A DNA stretch of 64,000 bases from Octopus sinensis (taxonomy: Eukaryota). The notes beneath the pieces were generated by a model. That model was not told the origin of the DNA and did no database searches. It saw nothing but the letters and a program-made list of their open reading frames with translations. The position numbers and the translations under genes are program-made. The stretch lies in contig NC_042997.1 of the NCBI RefSeq assembly GCF_006345805.1, forward strand, positions 138,570,001 to 138,634,000, given 5' to 3'. This document shows, piece by piece, positions 14,652 to 27,989 of the stretch. The first letter of the stretch is position 1. Every line of letters begins with the position of its first letter.

Positions 14652-15070
14652 GCTGACCGGTTCGCGGAACACCTCCGTGACATCCGCCTTGCCAACGACA
14701 CACTGGTCTCATGCCATTTCCGCTCCACCGGTCACTCCTTGCAACACCTGTCTGTGTTCGGTTTGTCCTTGCACAGAGGCCATCCGGATTCCCGTTTGCG
14801 CCGTGAACAGGGATTAATCTTCTCTCTTCGCTCTTTTACGCCATTTGGTCTCAACTCTTCCCCCCTCCTGCTTCTCCTCGGTCCTTCATCTTTTCACCCC
14901 TACTCTCTTTCACTCCTCTTCTTTCCTCTTCCCCTTCCCTCTTTCTTCCTTCTTCCCTCTTCCCCTTCTCTCTCTCTCTGCTCCCTCTCCCCCTCCTCCT
15001 CTTTCAGCTTGTCTCGCGTTTTTCGGCATTTCCTGTTTCATTAAGTTTTTATTTCGAATCACGTCCTGTC
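14652..15070 (+). mobile_element. Penelope-like element 3' fragment (GIY-YIG endonuclease C-terminus plus pyrimidine-rich 3' region)
   Basis: ADRFAEHLRDIR..VSCHFRSTGHSLQHLSVFGL..R.RREQGLIFSLRSFTPFGLN matches the PLE motif RFxEH..HF..GHS..E..LI..L...P.GLN; bounded by (TA)n. Confidence 0.85.
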
Positions 15071-15154
15071 ATATATATATATTTACATGCAGTTAAATAA
15101 ATGTCTGGTCATATATTTAACTGCATATCAATAAACATTATTGCACTATCTTTT

Positions 15155-15460
15155 AGAGTGTGCTTCTTTTTCAGAAATATGATCCACTGACGATTCATTC
15201 ATGACCTGGACACAGGGTTTCTTACAATGATCACCATGTGGTTTATAATTGATTGCAGAACCAACACTGCGCTTCTACATGTTCACAAAAGCCACCATCT
15301 GTTAGATAACACGGAACTTCATGACATCAGTTATTCAACAAAGAATATTCCAAAACTGTCTAGATTGGTCACTCTATGACCAGATATATATTTAACTTCA
15401 TGTAAATACATTATCCCTTAAAGTGTGCTTCTTTTTTGGATATATGATCCACTAATGACA
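15155..15460 (+). mobile_element. Penelope-like element 5' fragment with partial pseudo-LTR direct repeat
   Basis: Encodes DISYSTKNIP, the same motif as the 57850 ORF; AGTGTGCTTCTTTTT..ATATGATCCACT(G/A)A(C/T)GA repeated at ~15157 and ~15422. Confidence 0.6.
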
Positions 15461-15919
15461 TACATACATATACATACACACACACATAAATACATATATA
15501 CATGTGTATACACACACACATATATATATATATAAAAATAAGTACCAACATGTATATGCTTCTCAACTCTTCTTATTGAATACCATTTTCTTGAGTTTGT
15601 ATATAAAGACATGCATTCACACATGCACGTATGTATATACACATATACCAATACTATACTAAAGAGTGTGTGTGTGTGGGGGGGGGGTTGTATACACACA
15701 CACACACACACACAAATATATATATTTATATATACATACATATACAGATACATACATACACACATACACACACACAAATATATATATTTATATATACATA
15801 CTGTATATATACACACATATACAGATACATACATATACAGATACATACATACACACATATACAGATATATAATACTCACAACAGATCATAAAGCAGTCTA
15901 ATTTGCTATTTCTTCATAG

Positions 15920-16270
15920 GATTTGTGAACAAGAATTTGGAATTAGCTTCCTTGATATTAATGGTGGAATTAGACAGAAGTATCCGATCAATCTATTACT
16001 TGCCAAAGTCCCAGCTATATAAAGGTGTAGCTAGTATCCCCAGTGCTAATGCAGTTGTTTCTTCAGGTAGTGTCACCATACTTCTTTCTGAGAATCATAC
16101 AACACATTCTGTTTACAAACTCCCCTCAGACCTGAACACAAATGATGCATTTGTTTTGTAATATTGTCAAGAATTCTGGAACCAGGTTAAAATCTCAAGC
16201 AATGTAAATGTCTATGATGAATGTTCAGAGGAACACAAGAGAACTTCAGATGGTGAGAACACAATGTATT
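15920..16270 (+). pseudogene. Helitron-type PIF1 helicase remnant
   Basis: ISFLDINGGIRQKYPINLLLAKV / AVVSSGSVTILL..HTTHSVYKLPSDLN / VYDECS..HKR is colinear with FLDAPGGTGKTFLINLLLAKV..AVASSGIAATLL.GGRTAHS.FKLP..WDE; frameshifted, Walker A decayed. Confidence 0.8.
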
Positions 16271-16287
16271 TCAGTCTTCTTGCACTA

Positions 16288-16797
16288 TATCAATGGTTTG
16301 TACTCACAGCCAGCCACATGCCTAGATGTGATTTGTCACCTCTATGATATAGGAATCAGTGTAGAATGCATTAAGTTTCCTATTTATCAGACTTATCAAA
16401 TTTCATCTAGGCATGTGGCTGGCTTTGAGTACATGCTACTTGTATGGCCAGTTAAGCTGAATTAGTGTTTTTGCTAGCCACAGTTGGAACAATTTTCATC
16501 TCCCTCAAATACATACACAACACCAATTTTTTGTTAAACAGGTACAGTACATTTATGAGCAATGTTATCTCTGGATGAATACTACAGTAAATTGCCTTTC
16601 AATGATGTATTTACATTAAGTATGATACACAGATGGCTATTTTAATTTAACACTGCTTTTATTGCATATAACAGATTTTTATTCAGCTGAGCAGTTATGT
16701 GCAATACCAGTGAATGCTTTCTTTACTGTTTCCTATATAGTGGATGTAACAAATCTCATCTATGCAAGTGGCTGGTTATGAGTGTATGCCATTGATA
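16288..16797. mobile_element. foldback/MITE-like element with ~65-bp inverted ends and an extra internal inverted copy
   Basis: 16288-16354 is inverted at 16731-16797; core 16299-16334 is also inverted at 16398-16432. Confidence 0.55.
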
Positions 16798-17207
16798 AGG
16801 CCCAGTTAGTGTGAAAAACATCTGACATTCTTGCTAGCCACTACTAGCACTAAGTTCCAACATTGACTTTCTCGTAAAGGAGAAATACTAGCTAAGATCT
16901 GAACAAAGAATATGGAAGCATTTAACTTCTGAATAAGTGAGGCATATTTCATCGGACAGTCTAAACCTACAATGAACTTACATTTGCGCAAGCTTAGAAC
17001 ATAACATTAATGGAATTCTGACTGTCCAACTACTGAACACAAAAATGAACACAGTCAAATAAAGGAGTGTGACTCTACTCACTAAATGAACAACAGTAAA
17101 AACAGAAGAAGGCTCAATTCGAAATTACTTGCTTCACATATGTATATTATATGAATAATGAATGAAGTATGCACTAGATAAATTATTGTTTTGATATACA
17201 TGCTTAA

Positions 17208-17426
17208 CTCTTTCGTTACCATCCTGGCTGAAACCGGCTCTGGCTCTGTAGTACAAATGTCTTGTTTCCATAAGTTTTGAATTAATCTTCCACCAAACCT
17301 TAGTCAAAATTTATGTTCCTAACATTAACTGAATGATAACTAAATTATTCTACTAAATTCTTTGTTATATTTAAGGTAATTGAAAGAAACACAGAGCATC
17401 TCAAAATAAATACGGTAACAAAAGGG
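17208..17426. mobile_element. piggyBac-type MITE
   Basis: TTAA on both sides (17204-17207, 17427-17430); TIRs CTCTTTCGTTACC / GGTAACAAAAGGG. Confidence 0.8.
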
Positions 17427-18060
17427 TTAAATATCTGCTAGGTATTATTCAAGTCCAACTATAAAGTCTCGCAGTCAAGTATCCAGCCAAGTAAAGCTAA
17501 CCAAGCTTTGATATCAAACTGCTAGTCATGTTATAAAGTAGTAATTATGTGACAATCAGATTGAGTCATAAGACAGAATATATATAAAACATGCAGAGTT
17601 ATAGGAACATGAAGGTTATATCTCTTCCTTAGTATTTGATTGCTGGTATCTTGTTTTCAAAATCAAGCCAACTGGACGTGGTTTATTTTCCAAGGAAAGT
17701 TGAAGCCAACTGCAATCATAAAAGCAGCTGCACTCGTTAAAGAAGTGAACTGCATCTCATGTAAAATTCAGCTGTACGTATTACAGAATCCACCTGCTCC
17801 TGTTGCAGAAGTCTGTTGAACTTGTATCCCATGCTGAGGTGTCTAGTTTCTTAATGTTGTACTCCTTCACTTCAGACAGCTCTCAAGTCCTGCAAAAGGA
17901 ATGACTCAACATCCTCATAGGATGATGCTTGATAGACTTGCAAGATGCCCAGTTCTTTTTTCACAAATTCTGGATACAAAAAATTCTTTCGAAAGAACTG
18001 AGAAAATATGTATAAAATGTAGCAGCTATAAAAGTAGGATTTTACCAGGCATTATACATA

Positions 18061-18524
18061 CTGTAAATCATTGAGTATAGTCCGCAGGGGATTTTTAGGG
18101 GGCTGTACCTCTGAAAAACATAAACCTTGTGTATAATACGCACTCCTTCTCTAACTTGAGTCAAAAGGGTCTATATAACATCCTTCGTTTGTAAAACTGC
18201 ATACGGTAACATCCTTTATTATTATTGTATAAATAACATAATGCAAATGTGTAGCATTTTTGTGCATTTTGTTTGCAGAAAATAAAGAAATAACAGTAAT
18301 AACGTTTAATAAATGTTGCTAACTGCAAGTTATGGATGATTTAAGGTATTTTTGAGCCCAACATCACAAAATGCGCCTGAATAAACATTGCCGGACAGCA
18401 AAGAGAGACTCGGACATTGCTTAGAAAATATTTTTGAATTTTTAAACTCATATATAGTACACACTAGGGATTTTGACCTTTAAATTTTGGGGAAAAAATG
18501 CGGATTATACTTGAGGATTTACGG
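18061..18524. mobile_element. pogo/Tigger-type MITE
   Basis: TA duplications; ~26-bp TIRs CTGTAAATCATTGAGTATAGTCCGCA / TGCGGATTATACTTGAGGATTTACGG. Confidence 0.85.
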
Positions 18525-19073
18525 TATGTAAGTTGGAATGTGTGTGTGTGTGAGAAATACAGTTTTAGAAATGATATATTGTATCTTTGCATATTATAAC
18601 AGGCAACTAAAAGAGTTGGTAGCATGAAGGGCATTCGAGCATAAAATACTCCCTACCTAAAAAAAGTCCCATTCAACTCCTGGTAACATGGAAAAGTGGA
18701 CACAACAACAATGATGGTATGAAAATGAATGAGAGAAAGATATATATATATATATACAGTCAATTTGAGGATGTCAGGTCCTTGTTAGGGATTAAATAAT
18801 CTCCAAATTTCACTGGTTAATCACTATCATATAAGGAGAAAGTCTCAATGATATATTAGGGATTATTATAGTAATACATCTTATTAATACTGAAAGAAAC
18901 ATATATGTTGGTTTTTGGCATCTGCCATTTCTTTAAGATCTTTATGATTTATAATTTATTTGTATTATTTTTATTAAAAATTTCAACATCTTTATATCAT
19001 TCAAATAAATTATTTACACATCCATTATTCTCCATTTTCTTTCTTTCAAATATATATATATATATATATATAT

Positions 19074-20672
19074 AGACAAAAATAGTTTAGTGTATAACTT
19101 ACTTTCAGCTAACACTGTATGAAACAGCAGCAACACTGAAAACAGAGAGAGAGAGAATTTATTATTTGTTATCAATGAAGATAATTTGAGAATGAGAGAG
19201 GAGGAGGGAGGGAGAATGAAAGAGTAGGAGAGAAGGAGAGTTAATACCAGAGTTACTGAGAAGGAGCATAGTAGAGAGGCTAATCAGCAGAGAGTGCAAA
19301 ATAGAGAGCAAAGTTGATAAGTTCCAAATAGAAAGTTAGTTAAGAAAAGGCAAACAGATAGATGGACAGAGAGAAAAGACAGACTAACAGATAGCAATAA
19401 AGGCAATACATTCACAGAACGTAAAAATGATTGACAAAGAGAGAGAAGCTCGAGGTTAAGATATGGACAAACACAGATTCATGTATCAAAAGGCAGAGAG
19501 ACACAGACATAGAGAAATACTGGGGTCAATTCTATTTTTCTTTTCCCCCACCTTGCTCTCTCAGAATTAGCCATAGTCATCTAGATAGAAGGTGTTTCAT
19601 CATCATCATCATCATCATCATTTAGCGTCCGTTTTCCATGCTAGCATGGGTTGGACGGTTCAACTGGGGTCTGGGGAGCCCGAAGGCTGCACCAGGCCAG
19701 TCAGATCTGGCAGTGTTTCTACAGCTGGATGCCCTTCCTAACGCCAACCACTCCGAGAAAAATGCAAGAAAACTAGAAGGAACATCTTTCTCCCGAGAAA
19801 ATTCCACTACGAGCTGTGCTCATCATGGAAGTAACCAGGGAATTGTTTGTTGATGATCTGTGGCAGCATATTTACAGAAGACAAAACCTGAAACATGTGA
19901 AACACAGATAAGCAAACAAACTGAAGAACAGATAATAAGACACTTACATGTTAATACCCAGAGAGCAAGCATTGATAAAATAATTTTCAAATAACCTTAG
20001 ATATGTCTATATATTATGTATGTTTACATGTGTGCACATGTATATTTACATACTACATTAATACATACAAATATGTGAATACATGTTTACTTCATATCAA
20101 TATTTATTAAATAAGATCATCAAAGTTCTTATAACTCAAGACCATTTTATATATGTATGTATATGCATATACACACACACACACACACCACACACATATA
20201 TATATATATATACAAATACACACATATATACATATATCTATATATATATACATATCTATAAATATATCTATATATATATACACACATATATACATATATA
20301 TATATATTATATATATATATATATATACATATATTTATACATATATATATATACATATATTTATACATATATATATATACATATATGTATACATATATCT
20401 ATATATATATACATATATCTATACATATATACATACATATATCTATGCATATATACATATATTTATACATATATATATATATATACATATATCTATATAT
20501 ATATATACATATGTATAACATATATCTATATGTATATACATATATCTATATAAATATACATATGTATATACATATATCTATATAAATATACATATGTATA
20601 TACATATATATATATATATATAAACATATACAATTATATCTATCTATCTATCTATCTATATATATATATATA

Positions 20673-20712
<40 letters not shown>

Positions 20713-21828
20713 TATATATATATATATATATAGACAAAAATAGTTTAGTGTATAACTTACTTTCAGCTAACACTGTATGAAACAGCAGCAACACTGAAAA
20801 CAGAGAGAGAGAGAATTTATTATTTGTTATCAATGAAGATAATTTGAGAATGAGAGAGGAGGAGGGAGGGAGAATGAAAGAGTAGGAGAGAAGGAGAGTT
20901 AATACCAGAGTTACTGAGAAGGAGCATAGTAGAGAGGCTAATCAGCAGAGAGTGCAAAATAGAGAGCAAAGTTGATAAGTTCCAAATAGAAAGTTAGTTA
21001 AGAAAAGGCAAACAGATAGATGGACAGAGAGAAAAGACAGACTAACAGATAGCAATAAAGGCAATACATTCACAGAACGTAAAAATGATTGACAAAGAGA
21101 GAGAAGCTCGAGGTTAAGATATGGACAAACACAGATTCATGTATCAAAAGGCAGAGAGACACAGACATAGAGAAATACTGGGGTCAATTCTATTTTTCTT
21201 TTCCCCCACCTTGCTCTCTCAGAATTAGCCATAGTCATCTAGATAGAAGGTGTTTCATCATCATCATCATCATCATCATTTAGCGTCCGTTTTCCATGCT
21301 AGCATGGGTTGGACGGTTCAACTGGGGTCTGGGGAGCCCGAAGGCTGCACCAGGCCAGTCAGATCTGGCAGTGTTTCTACAGCTGGATGCCCTTCCTAAC
21401 GCCAACCACTCCGAGAAAAATGCAAGAAAACTAGAAGGAACATCTTTCTCCCGAGAAAATTCCACTACGAGCTGTGCTCATCATGGAAGTAACCAGGGAA
21501 TTGTTTGTTGATGATCTGTGGCAGCATATTTACAGAAGACAAAACCTGAAACATGTGAAACACAGATAAGCAAACAAACTGAAGAACAGATAATAAGACA
21601 CTTACATGTTAATACCCAGAGAGCAAGCATTGATAAAATAATTTTCAAATAACCTTAGATATGTCTATATATTATGTATGTTTACATGTGTGCACATGTA
21701 TATTTACATACTACATTAATACATACAAATATGTGAATACATGTTTACTTCATATCAATATTTATTAAATAAGATCATCAAAGTTCTTATAACTCAAGAC
21801 CATTTTATATATGTATGTATATGCATAT

Positions 21829-21865
<37 letters not shown>

Positions 21866-22313
21866 CAAATACACACATATATACATATATCTATATATAT
21901 ATACATATCTATAAATATATCTATATATATATACACACATATATACATATACATATCTTTATATATACATATATGTATACATATATCTATACATATATAC
22001 ATATACATTTATATATACATATATGTATACATATATCTATACATATATACATACATATATCTATGCATATATACATATATCTATGCATATATACATATAT
22101 TTATACATATATATATATATATACATATATCTATATATATATATACATATGTATATACATATATCTATATGTATATACATATATCTATATAAATATACAT
22201 ATGTATATACATATATCTATATAAATATACATATGTATATACATATATCTATATATATATAAACATATACAATTATATCTATCTATCTATCTATCTATAT
22301 ATATATATATATA

Positions 22314-22365
<52 letters not shown>
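19074..22365. repeat. ~1.66-kb near-identical direct tandem duplication
   Basis: Unique sequence repeats at offset 1658 (ORFs 19431/21089, 19622/21280); each unit holds a SINE C fragment (19606-19758, 21264-21416); visible differences are in the microsatellites. Confidence 0.95.
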
Positions 22366-22366
<1 letters not shown>

Positions 22367-22369
22367 CGA

Positions 22370-22530
22370 TGGGCTTCCTTTCAATTTCCATTCACCAAAT
22401 CCACTCACAAGGCTTTGGTCAGCCCGGGGCTATAGTTAAAGACACTTGCCCAAGGTGCCAAGCAGTGGGACTGAACCTGAAACGATGTGGTTGGTATGCA
22501 AGCTACATACCACACAGCCACTCCTGCGCC
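22370..22530 (-). mobile_element. SINE family A 5' half
   Basis: Reverse complement of AGGCGCAGGAGTGGCTGTGTGG head. Confidence 0.85.
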
Positions 22531-22658
22531 TATAAAAATAAATGATGAACAACCTTAATCTGTTTTCGAAACTTGTTGGGTTCTCATCAGAAGCATACAC
22601 ATCATTCTGATACACACACATATACATACATATATCTATATAAATACATATATACATA

Positions 22659-22702
<44 letters not shown>

Positions 22703-22726
22703 CACAAATCTATATATATCTATCTA

Positions 22727-22772
<46 letters not shown>

Positions 22773-22848
22773 CATATCTATATATATCTATCTATCTATC
22801 TACCTATATCTATCTATATCTATCTATCTATCTCTATCTACCTCTCTA

Positions 22849-22892
<44 letters not shown>

Positions 22893-23247
22893 TACACACA
22901 TATATCTATATGTGCACTGTGCTCAAAGTAGAATGTTCTGTCTCTTGCATGGTCTCTGCACAAGGTCGTTGAAAAAATGTGATCAAGGTTTCTTTACTTT
23001 AGTTTAGTTGTAGCCATTTCCTGATGGGTGAGCTGACATGCTAGAGGAAAAAGCATCAACACTCCTCTAAAACTTTAAAGGAGAAAATTAGGTCTGGTTT
23101 CAGAACCTTTTTGAGAGACAGGTCTATAATGAAGTCCTTTAAAAGTTGATCAATTGCTGTAAAGCAACTTTTGATAACTTGTCGTGAAAGTTCAAGGGAG
23201 AGCCGAGATCTGACAGTGACTCAATATTGCCCTATGTATGTATATGT

Positions 23248-23277
<30 letters not shown>

Positions 23278-23278
<1 letters not shown>

Positions 23279-23790
23279 GGTTCAGTCTCACTGCATAGCA
23301 CCTTCAGCAAGTGTCTTCTACAATAACTTGGGCTGACCAAAGCCTTGTGAGTGGATTTGGTAGATGAAAACTGAAAGAAGCCTGGTGTGTTTGTGTGTGT
23401 GCGTGCGTGTGTACAATGCACATCCTTGACTTGACATCACTTGTAAACAAGCATTGCTATCAACAAGCAATGTTGTTTGCCTTCAGTCTTCCATGAAAAA
23501 CATGTCCGGCTACTGGAAAATATTGTCATGCTTGGAAACGGGCGAGGTTTGGCAACAAGGGCATCCAAATTCCATCTGACCCATTCATGTATGGAAAAAT
23601 GGTCATTAAATGGTGATGATGATAGTAAATTCATATACAAGGCATGTGGCCTAGTGGTTGTGTGTTGGTCTCATGATCATAAGCTAATGGGTTCAATCAT
23701 TGGATCAGGCAGCATATTATGCTCTTACACAAGGCATATCACTACACACTACTCCATTCAGATTTGTTGAAAATAAATAGCAGCCTAGTG
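23278..23790 (+). mobile_element. cluster of SINE fragments (family A part, (GAT)n-tailed part, tRNA-like head at 23638)
   Basis: GGTTCAGTCTCACTG ... GTGAGTGGATTTGG; ATGGAAAAATGGTCATTAAATGGTGATGATGAT; GGCCTAGTGG ... GGGTTCAATC. Confidence 0.6.
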
Positions 23791-24011
23791 CTGGTGCTAC
23801 CCTCTCTCTCTCTCCTTCCAGCTGTTGCAACCTTGATGCTCTGATAGAACAAGAGCAAAGGGCCCAAGAGGGTGCTTATGTCTACAAACAACAACATAAG
23901 CACAAAAAATAATTAGCAAAAGCATAGTACAAGCCATGAGATCATATTCATTTGCAAGTGATACATAAGTGTATACGTAAATATATTAGTTATTGATGAC
24001 CATACCATATG

Positions 24012-24390
24012 CACAGGTGTGGACATGTGGTTAAGAATCATGCTTCCCAACTGTGTGGTCTTGAGTTCAGTCTCACTGAATGGTACCCTGAGCAAGTGTC
24101 TTCTACTTTATCCTTGGGTTGACCAAAGCCATATGAGTGGATTTGGTAGAGAGAAACTGATTAATGCTTGTCATGTATGTATATATATGTGTGTTTGTGA
24201 CTGTGTTGTGTTTGTCCACCACCAAGTGACAACTGATAGGATTTATGTTCCTGTAATTTAGCAGTTTGGGAAAATAGACAGATAGAATATGTACCAGGCT
24301 TAAAAAATAAATACTAGGGGTCAAATTATTTGACAAAACCCTTCGAGGAAGTGCTCCAGCATGGAGGCAGTCTGAAGATTGATGCAAGAA
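24012..24390 (+). mobile_element. old SINE family A
   Basis: Colinear with 5921-6314. Confidence 0.8.
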
Positions 24391-25286
24391 AATGACAAAA
24401 AGATCCTGGTAAAGCAAGCAAACATTGTTCTGAGATTCATGGAAGATTGATAGATTTACACTTGTCCTAGCTATGAATTTACATTGAACTCAGCAAAGAT
24501 TGTTGTTGCAGAAGTTATGCAGGAATTGCCTTTTGGGAAAGAAAATAAAGGATCTTTTTTTGAAAAAGAAAACAATTGCTATTGTTAAGAGTTAATAGGA
24601 TAGGGGCAGTAACAAACGGTTGAAGACTGAAGAGTTATTTATCTGGCAAGAGGAAACACTAGAGTAGAATTCAAGTGCAAAACATCATAAAGGAGACAAG
24701 AGGTAAAAACAAAAAAATACTATTAATGTAGGAAAGAGAGGAAATAGAAATAGAGAAAAAGTGAGCAAGAGAGGAGGTGAAGGAGCAATGGAGAGAAGGG
24801 TCATGTAAAATAAGAGTGAGGGATAAAAACAAAGGGGATAAAAGAAAAAAGGCAACAAAACATATGGAAAAGAAACAAAGAGGGTAATAGGGATGGAACC
24901 AAGGAGACAAAGAATAAAGGATAGAATGAATGAATACATGAATGCAGGAAAGAGCATACCGACGGCTGATCATGGGAAGCAGTTGACAAGCATGGAGCAT
25001 TAAGGTCATATCACCTAAGGCAGCTGGGACCAGTATTAGAAAATGTAATGGAGATATTGTAAAGAAAGTGTAAAAATCTCTAATTTGCTAGTTAGGTAGA
25101 AGACACAAGGGAAAGCTTGGGTATCCAGCAATTCACTAGTAAACACAATCTGCATCATGTGTGGCAGTCGGAGTAAAATTGGCATTTCTTTAGCACACAG
25201 CCATTTGATTTTGGAATCTGCAGATTCCCTGTTCAACTGATGTGTGCTTCCAGCATTTACATAAGGATAAATACAAATCTCTCTCT

Positions 25287-25319
<33 letters not shown>

Positions 25320-25321
<2 letters not shown>

Positions 25322-25530
25322 CATCATTATTGTTTAACATCCATCTTCCATGCATTCATGGGTAGGATGGTTGACAGGAGCTGGCCAGGTAGAAAAACTA
25401 CCCCAGGTTACTGTGTTTATTTTGGCAGGGATTTAACAGATGGATACCCTTCCAAACACCAACCACTCTACAGAGTGGAGTCAGTGCTTTTTATGTGGTG
25501 CTAGCACAGGTGAGGCTAGTTTGGGCATAA
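25320..25530 (-). mobile_element. old SINE family C
   Basis: Degenerate match to 12155-12462. Confidence 0.65.
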
Positions 25531-25663
25531 TTTTTACAGCTGAATGTATGTATAAAGAAGCTTATACACAAACGTAAAAATATATGCATGCATATTAACA
25601 TATAAGTATATACAACTACTTACATGTGTTGTGAGAGTGTGTGTGCATGTGTGTGGGTGTGTA

Positions 25664-25695
<32 letters not shown>

Positions 25696-25767
25696 AACAT
25701 AAATATATATACATCTATATACATAAATGTGTAATGGTGTCTGTCTATGTGTTTGGGGTTACTCTAG

Positions 25768-26183
25768 GTCCACTCACAGTCCAATCCATTTTAATGATTT
25801 TTGGCATATGTGTAGAGCACATCTCCTGAAGTTCAAATAAGGCCGGAATTTTTTGAAAACTTGATAATGCCCAGTTCGCATCGATTTTTGTGAGCTCAGT
25901 TGGGCATTTGAATGGAAATTCCCATAACGATGTTTTTTTCCTGCAGCTTTTGCATTTTTTTGCCTGATTTTGATGAAAATCCATAAATGAGTGAAGTTGA
26001 TGGCAGTGAGTTGATATCAGTATAAGGCGTTGACAAAAAATAATTGTACCTGAGCAGTGGTTTTATAAAATCAATAGGGTTTTTTTTTGGCCGTAACTTT
26101 TATATTTTCATGTAAATGGTCACATGGATTCTATTTTATGACATAACCTTAACATTTTTCTTCGGATTTTGCTGAGATTGGAC
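25768..26183. mobile_element. possible non-autonomous DNA transposon
   Basis: Imperfect ~21-bp inverted ends GGTCCACTCACAGTCCAATCC / GGATTTTGCTGAGATTGGACC; no superfamily assigned. Confidence 0.3.
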
Positions 26184-26617
26184 CGGGTAAAATCCCTGCC
26201 AAACCAGATATATATCTTAATGGGTAATAGATGACACCAGCTTGGAAAACGGATATTAAATGATGACAAATAAATATGCTTAAACCATTGTACTCAGTAT
26301 TTGTTAACCTGGAAAAACCTTTCAGCAGAGACCCTCGCTCTGTGACATGGTGGTCCCTGGGAAAGCTCAGGGTAGACAAATGGCTTGTGACTGCCATCCA
26401 GGTCTTGTACAGGAGTGTTGTTAGAAAAGTGAGAGTATTTGTAGGAGTTCACCAGAGCTTGATTCCAAGTTCCTTCCTATTGACCATTGTCCTCCAGCCC
26501 ATAACAGAAATTTAAGACTCACTGTCCATGGGAACTACTATATGTTGATGATTACATTGTCATAGTGGAATCTGTATCATAATTAGAAAAATATTCTAGT
26601 TATGAAAGCAAAATCTA

Positions 26618-27877
26618 TTGGGTTGGCAACTAAGTTCATACCGATTTTTAAATTTTGGAATTTATTGCGTTTTTAAATTTTGGAATCTATTTTTTAGAGA
26701 ATTCTATTTTGTTATTTTTTTTTCTAGTTAATTTTAGTTTATTTTCAAATCATTAAAATGGAATGTTATGTTAAGAAAACGAGCATTTTCGACACCTCCT
26801 TCCTTTCTGCTTTTAATCAAGGTTCTAAGGCTGCAAAAGCTGCTTGCGACATTTGTGCTGTGTATGGAGAGGATGCCATAGCTGAAAGAACCATTTGTGA
26901 TTGGTATGCTCAGTTCAAAAATGGAAATTTTGACCTCAAAGACGCACCTCGTTCTGGCCGTCCAGTTGAGTTCGATGAAGAGCGATTAAACCAACTTTTG
27001 CATGAAAATTCTTGTCAAATGAGGAGAGAACTGGCAGAGAAAATGGAATGCTCCCACACTGCTATAGAGAAGCATCTTCACTTGATGGGAAAGGTTCAGA
27101 AGTATGGAGCATGGGTTCCACATGCATTAAGTGACAACAAAAATCAACAAGCCACAATCTCCACCAGTTTGCTTGGTCGTCACCACTCAACTCATGGACA
27201 TAAGCAACGATTTCTTTACTGAATTGTTACTGGCGATGAAAAATGGTGCCTGTACATCAATGTGAAGCAGTGTAAGGAATAGCTTAGCACTGGTAAACAA
27301 GTAACACCACGCGTGAAACAAGATCTTCATCCACGTAAAACTATGTTGTGCGTATAGTGGGATTCGGAAGGGATTATCCATTACGAATTGCTTGAATGGA
27401 ACCAAATGGTCAACGCGGAACTCTATGTTCAACAGATGGAACGACTCAACACGGCTATTCAAGAGAAAAGATCTAATTGGCAGCATGCAGTTCTTCTGCT
27501 GCACGACAACGCCCACCCTCATATCACCAATATGACCAAGGAAGCCATTCAGATGCATGGCTGGGAAGTGCTGGCACACCCACTGTACTCTACTGATTTG
27601 GCACAAACAGAATTCCACCTTTTTTGATCTCTTTCAAATGCTATGTGTGGAGTTTTGTTCAATACTGATGCAAAATTGAGAGCTAGGTTGGATCAATTTT
27701 TCGAGTCGAAATCGGGTGATTTCTACCAACAAGGTATTGAAAATCTTATTGAACGTTTGGAAGAAGTTGTAAACAACAAGGGTGAATACATTATTGATTA
27801 ATTAGTTGTTATTTTTTATTAAACCGTTTAAAAAATTAAAATTTAAAAAAACGGTGGGAATTTAGTTGCCAACCCAA
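26618..27877 (+). mobile_element. full-length mariner (DD34D) element, inactive
   Basis: TIRs TTGGGTTGGCAACTAA / TTAGTTGCCAACCCAA; TA on the left, CA on the right; 1260 bp. Confidence 0.95.
26758..27801 (+). pseudogene. mariner transposase pseudogene
   Basis: WVPHAL, VTGDEKW, HDNA, YSTDLA and GEYIID motifs; stops and frameshifts; third catalytic D reads E. Confidence 0.95.
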
Positions 27878-27989
27878 CAGAATCAAAAGGCCTTGAACTT
27901 AACTTAGCAAATAGGATACGATGAGTAAATTGTCACCATTTCAAATTTTTTATTTCACGCATACGCTTTGTTTGTCTTTGATTTTGTCA

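Larger units (their letters stand above)
26230..27912 (+). mobile_element. RTE LINE reverse transcriptase remnant interrupted by a mariner
   Basis: KPLYSVFVNLEKPF..WWSLGKL.VDKWLV.AIQ.LY; VGVHQ; CPWELLYVDD; frame KQN-L|ESKGL resumes after the mariner. Confidence 0.85.

Noticed and set aside
17600-18050. Coding-looking unique segment (minus strand FFRKNFLYPEFVKKELGILQVYQ after a good acceptor)
   Set aside because: Stops in all frames, no good donor, no family recognised; left unassigned
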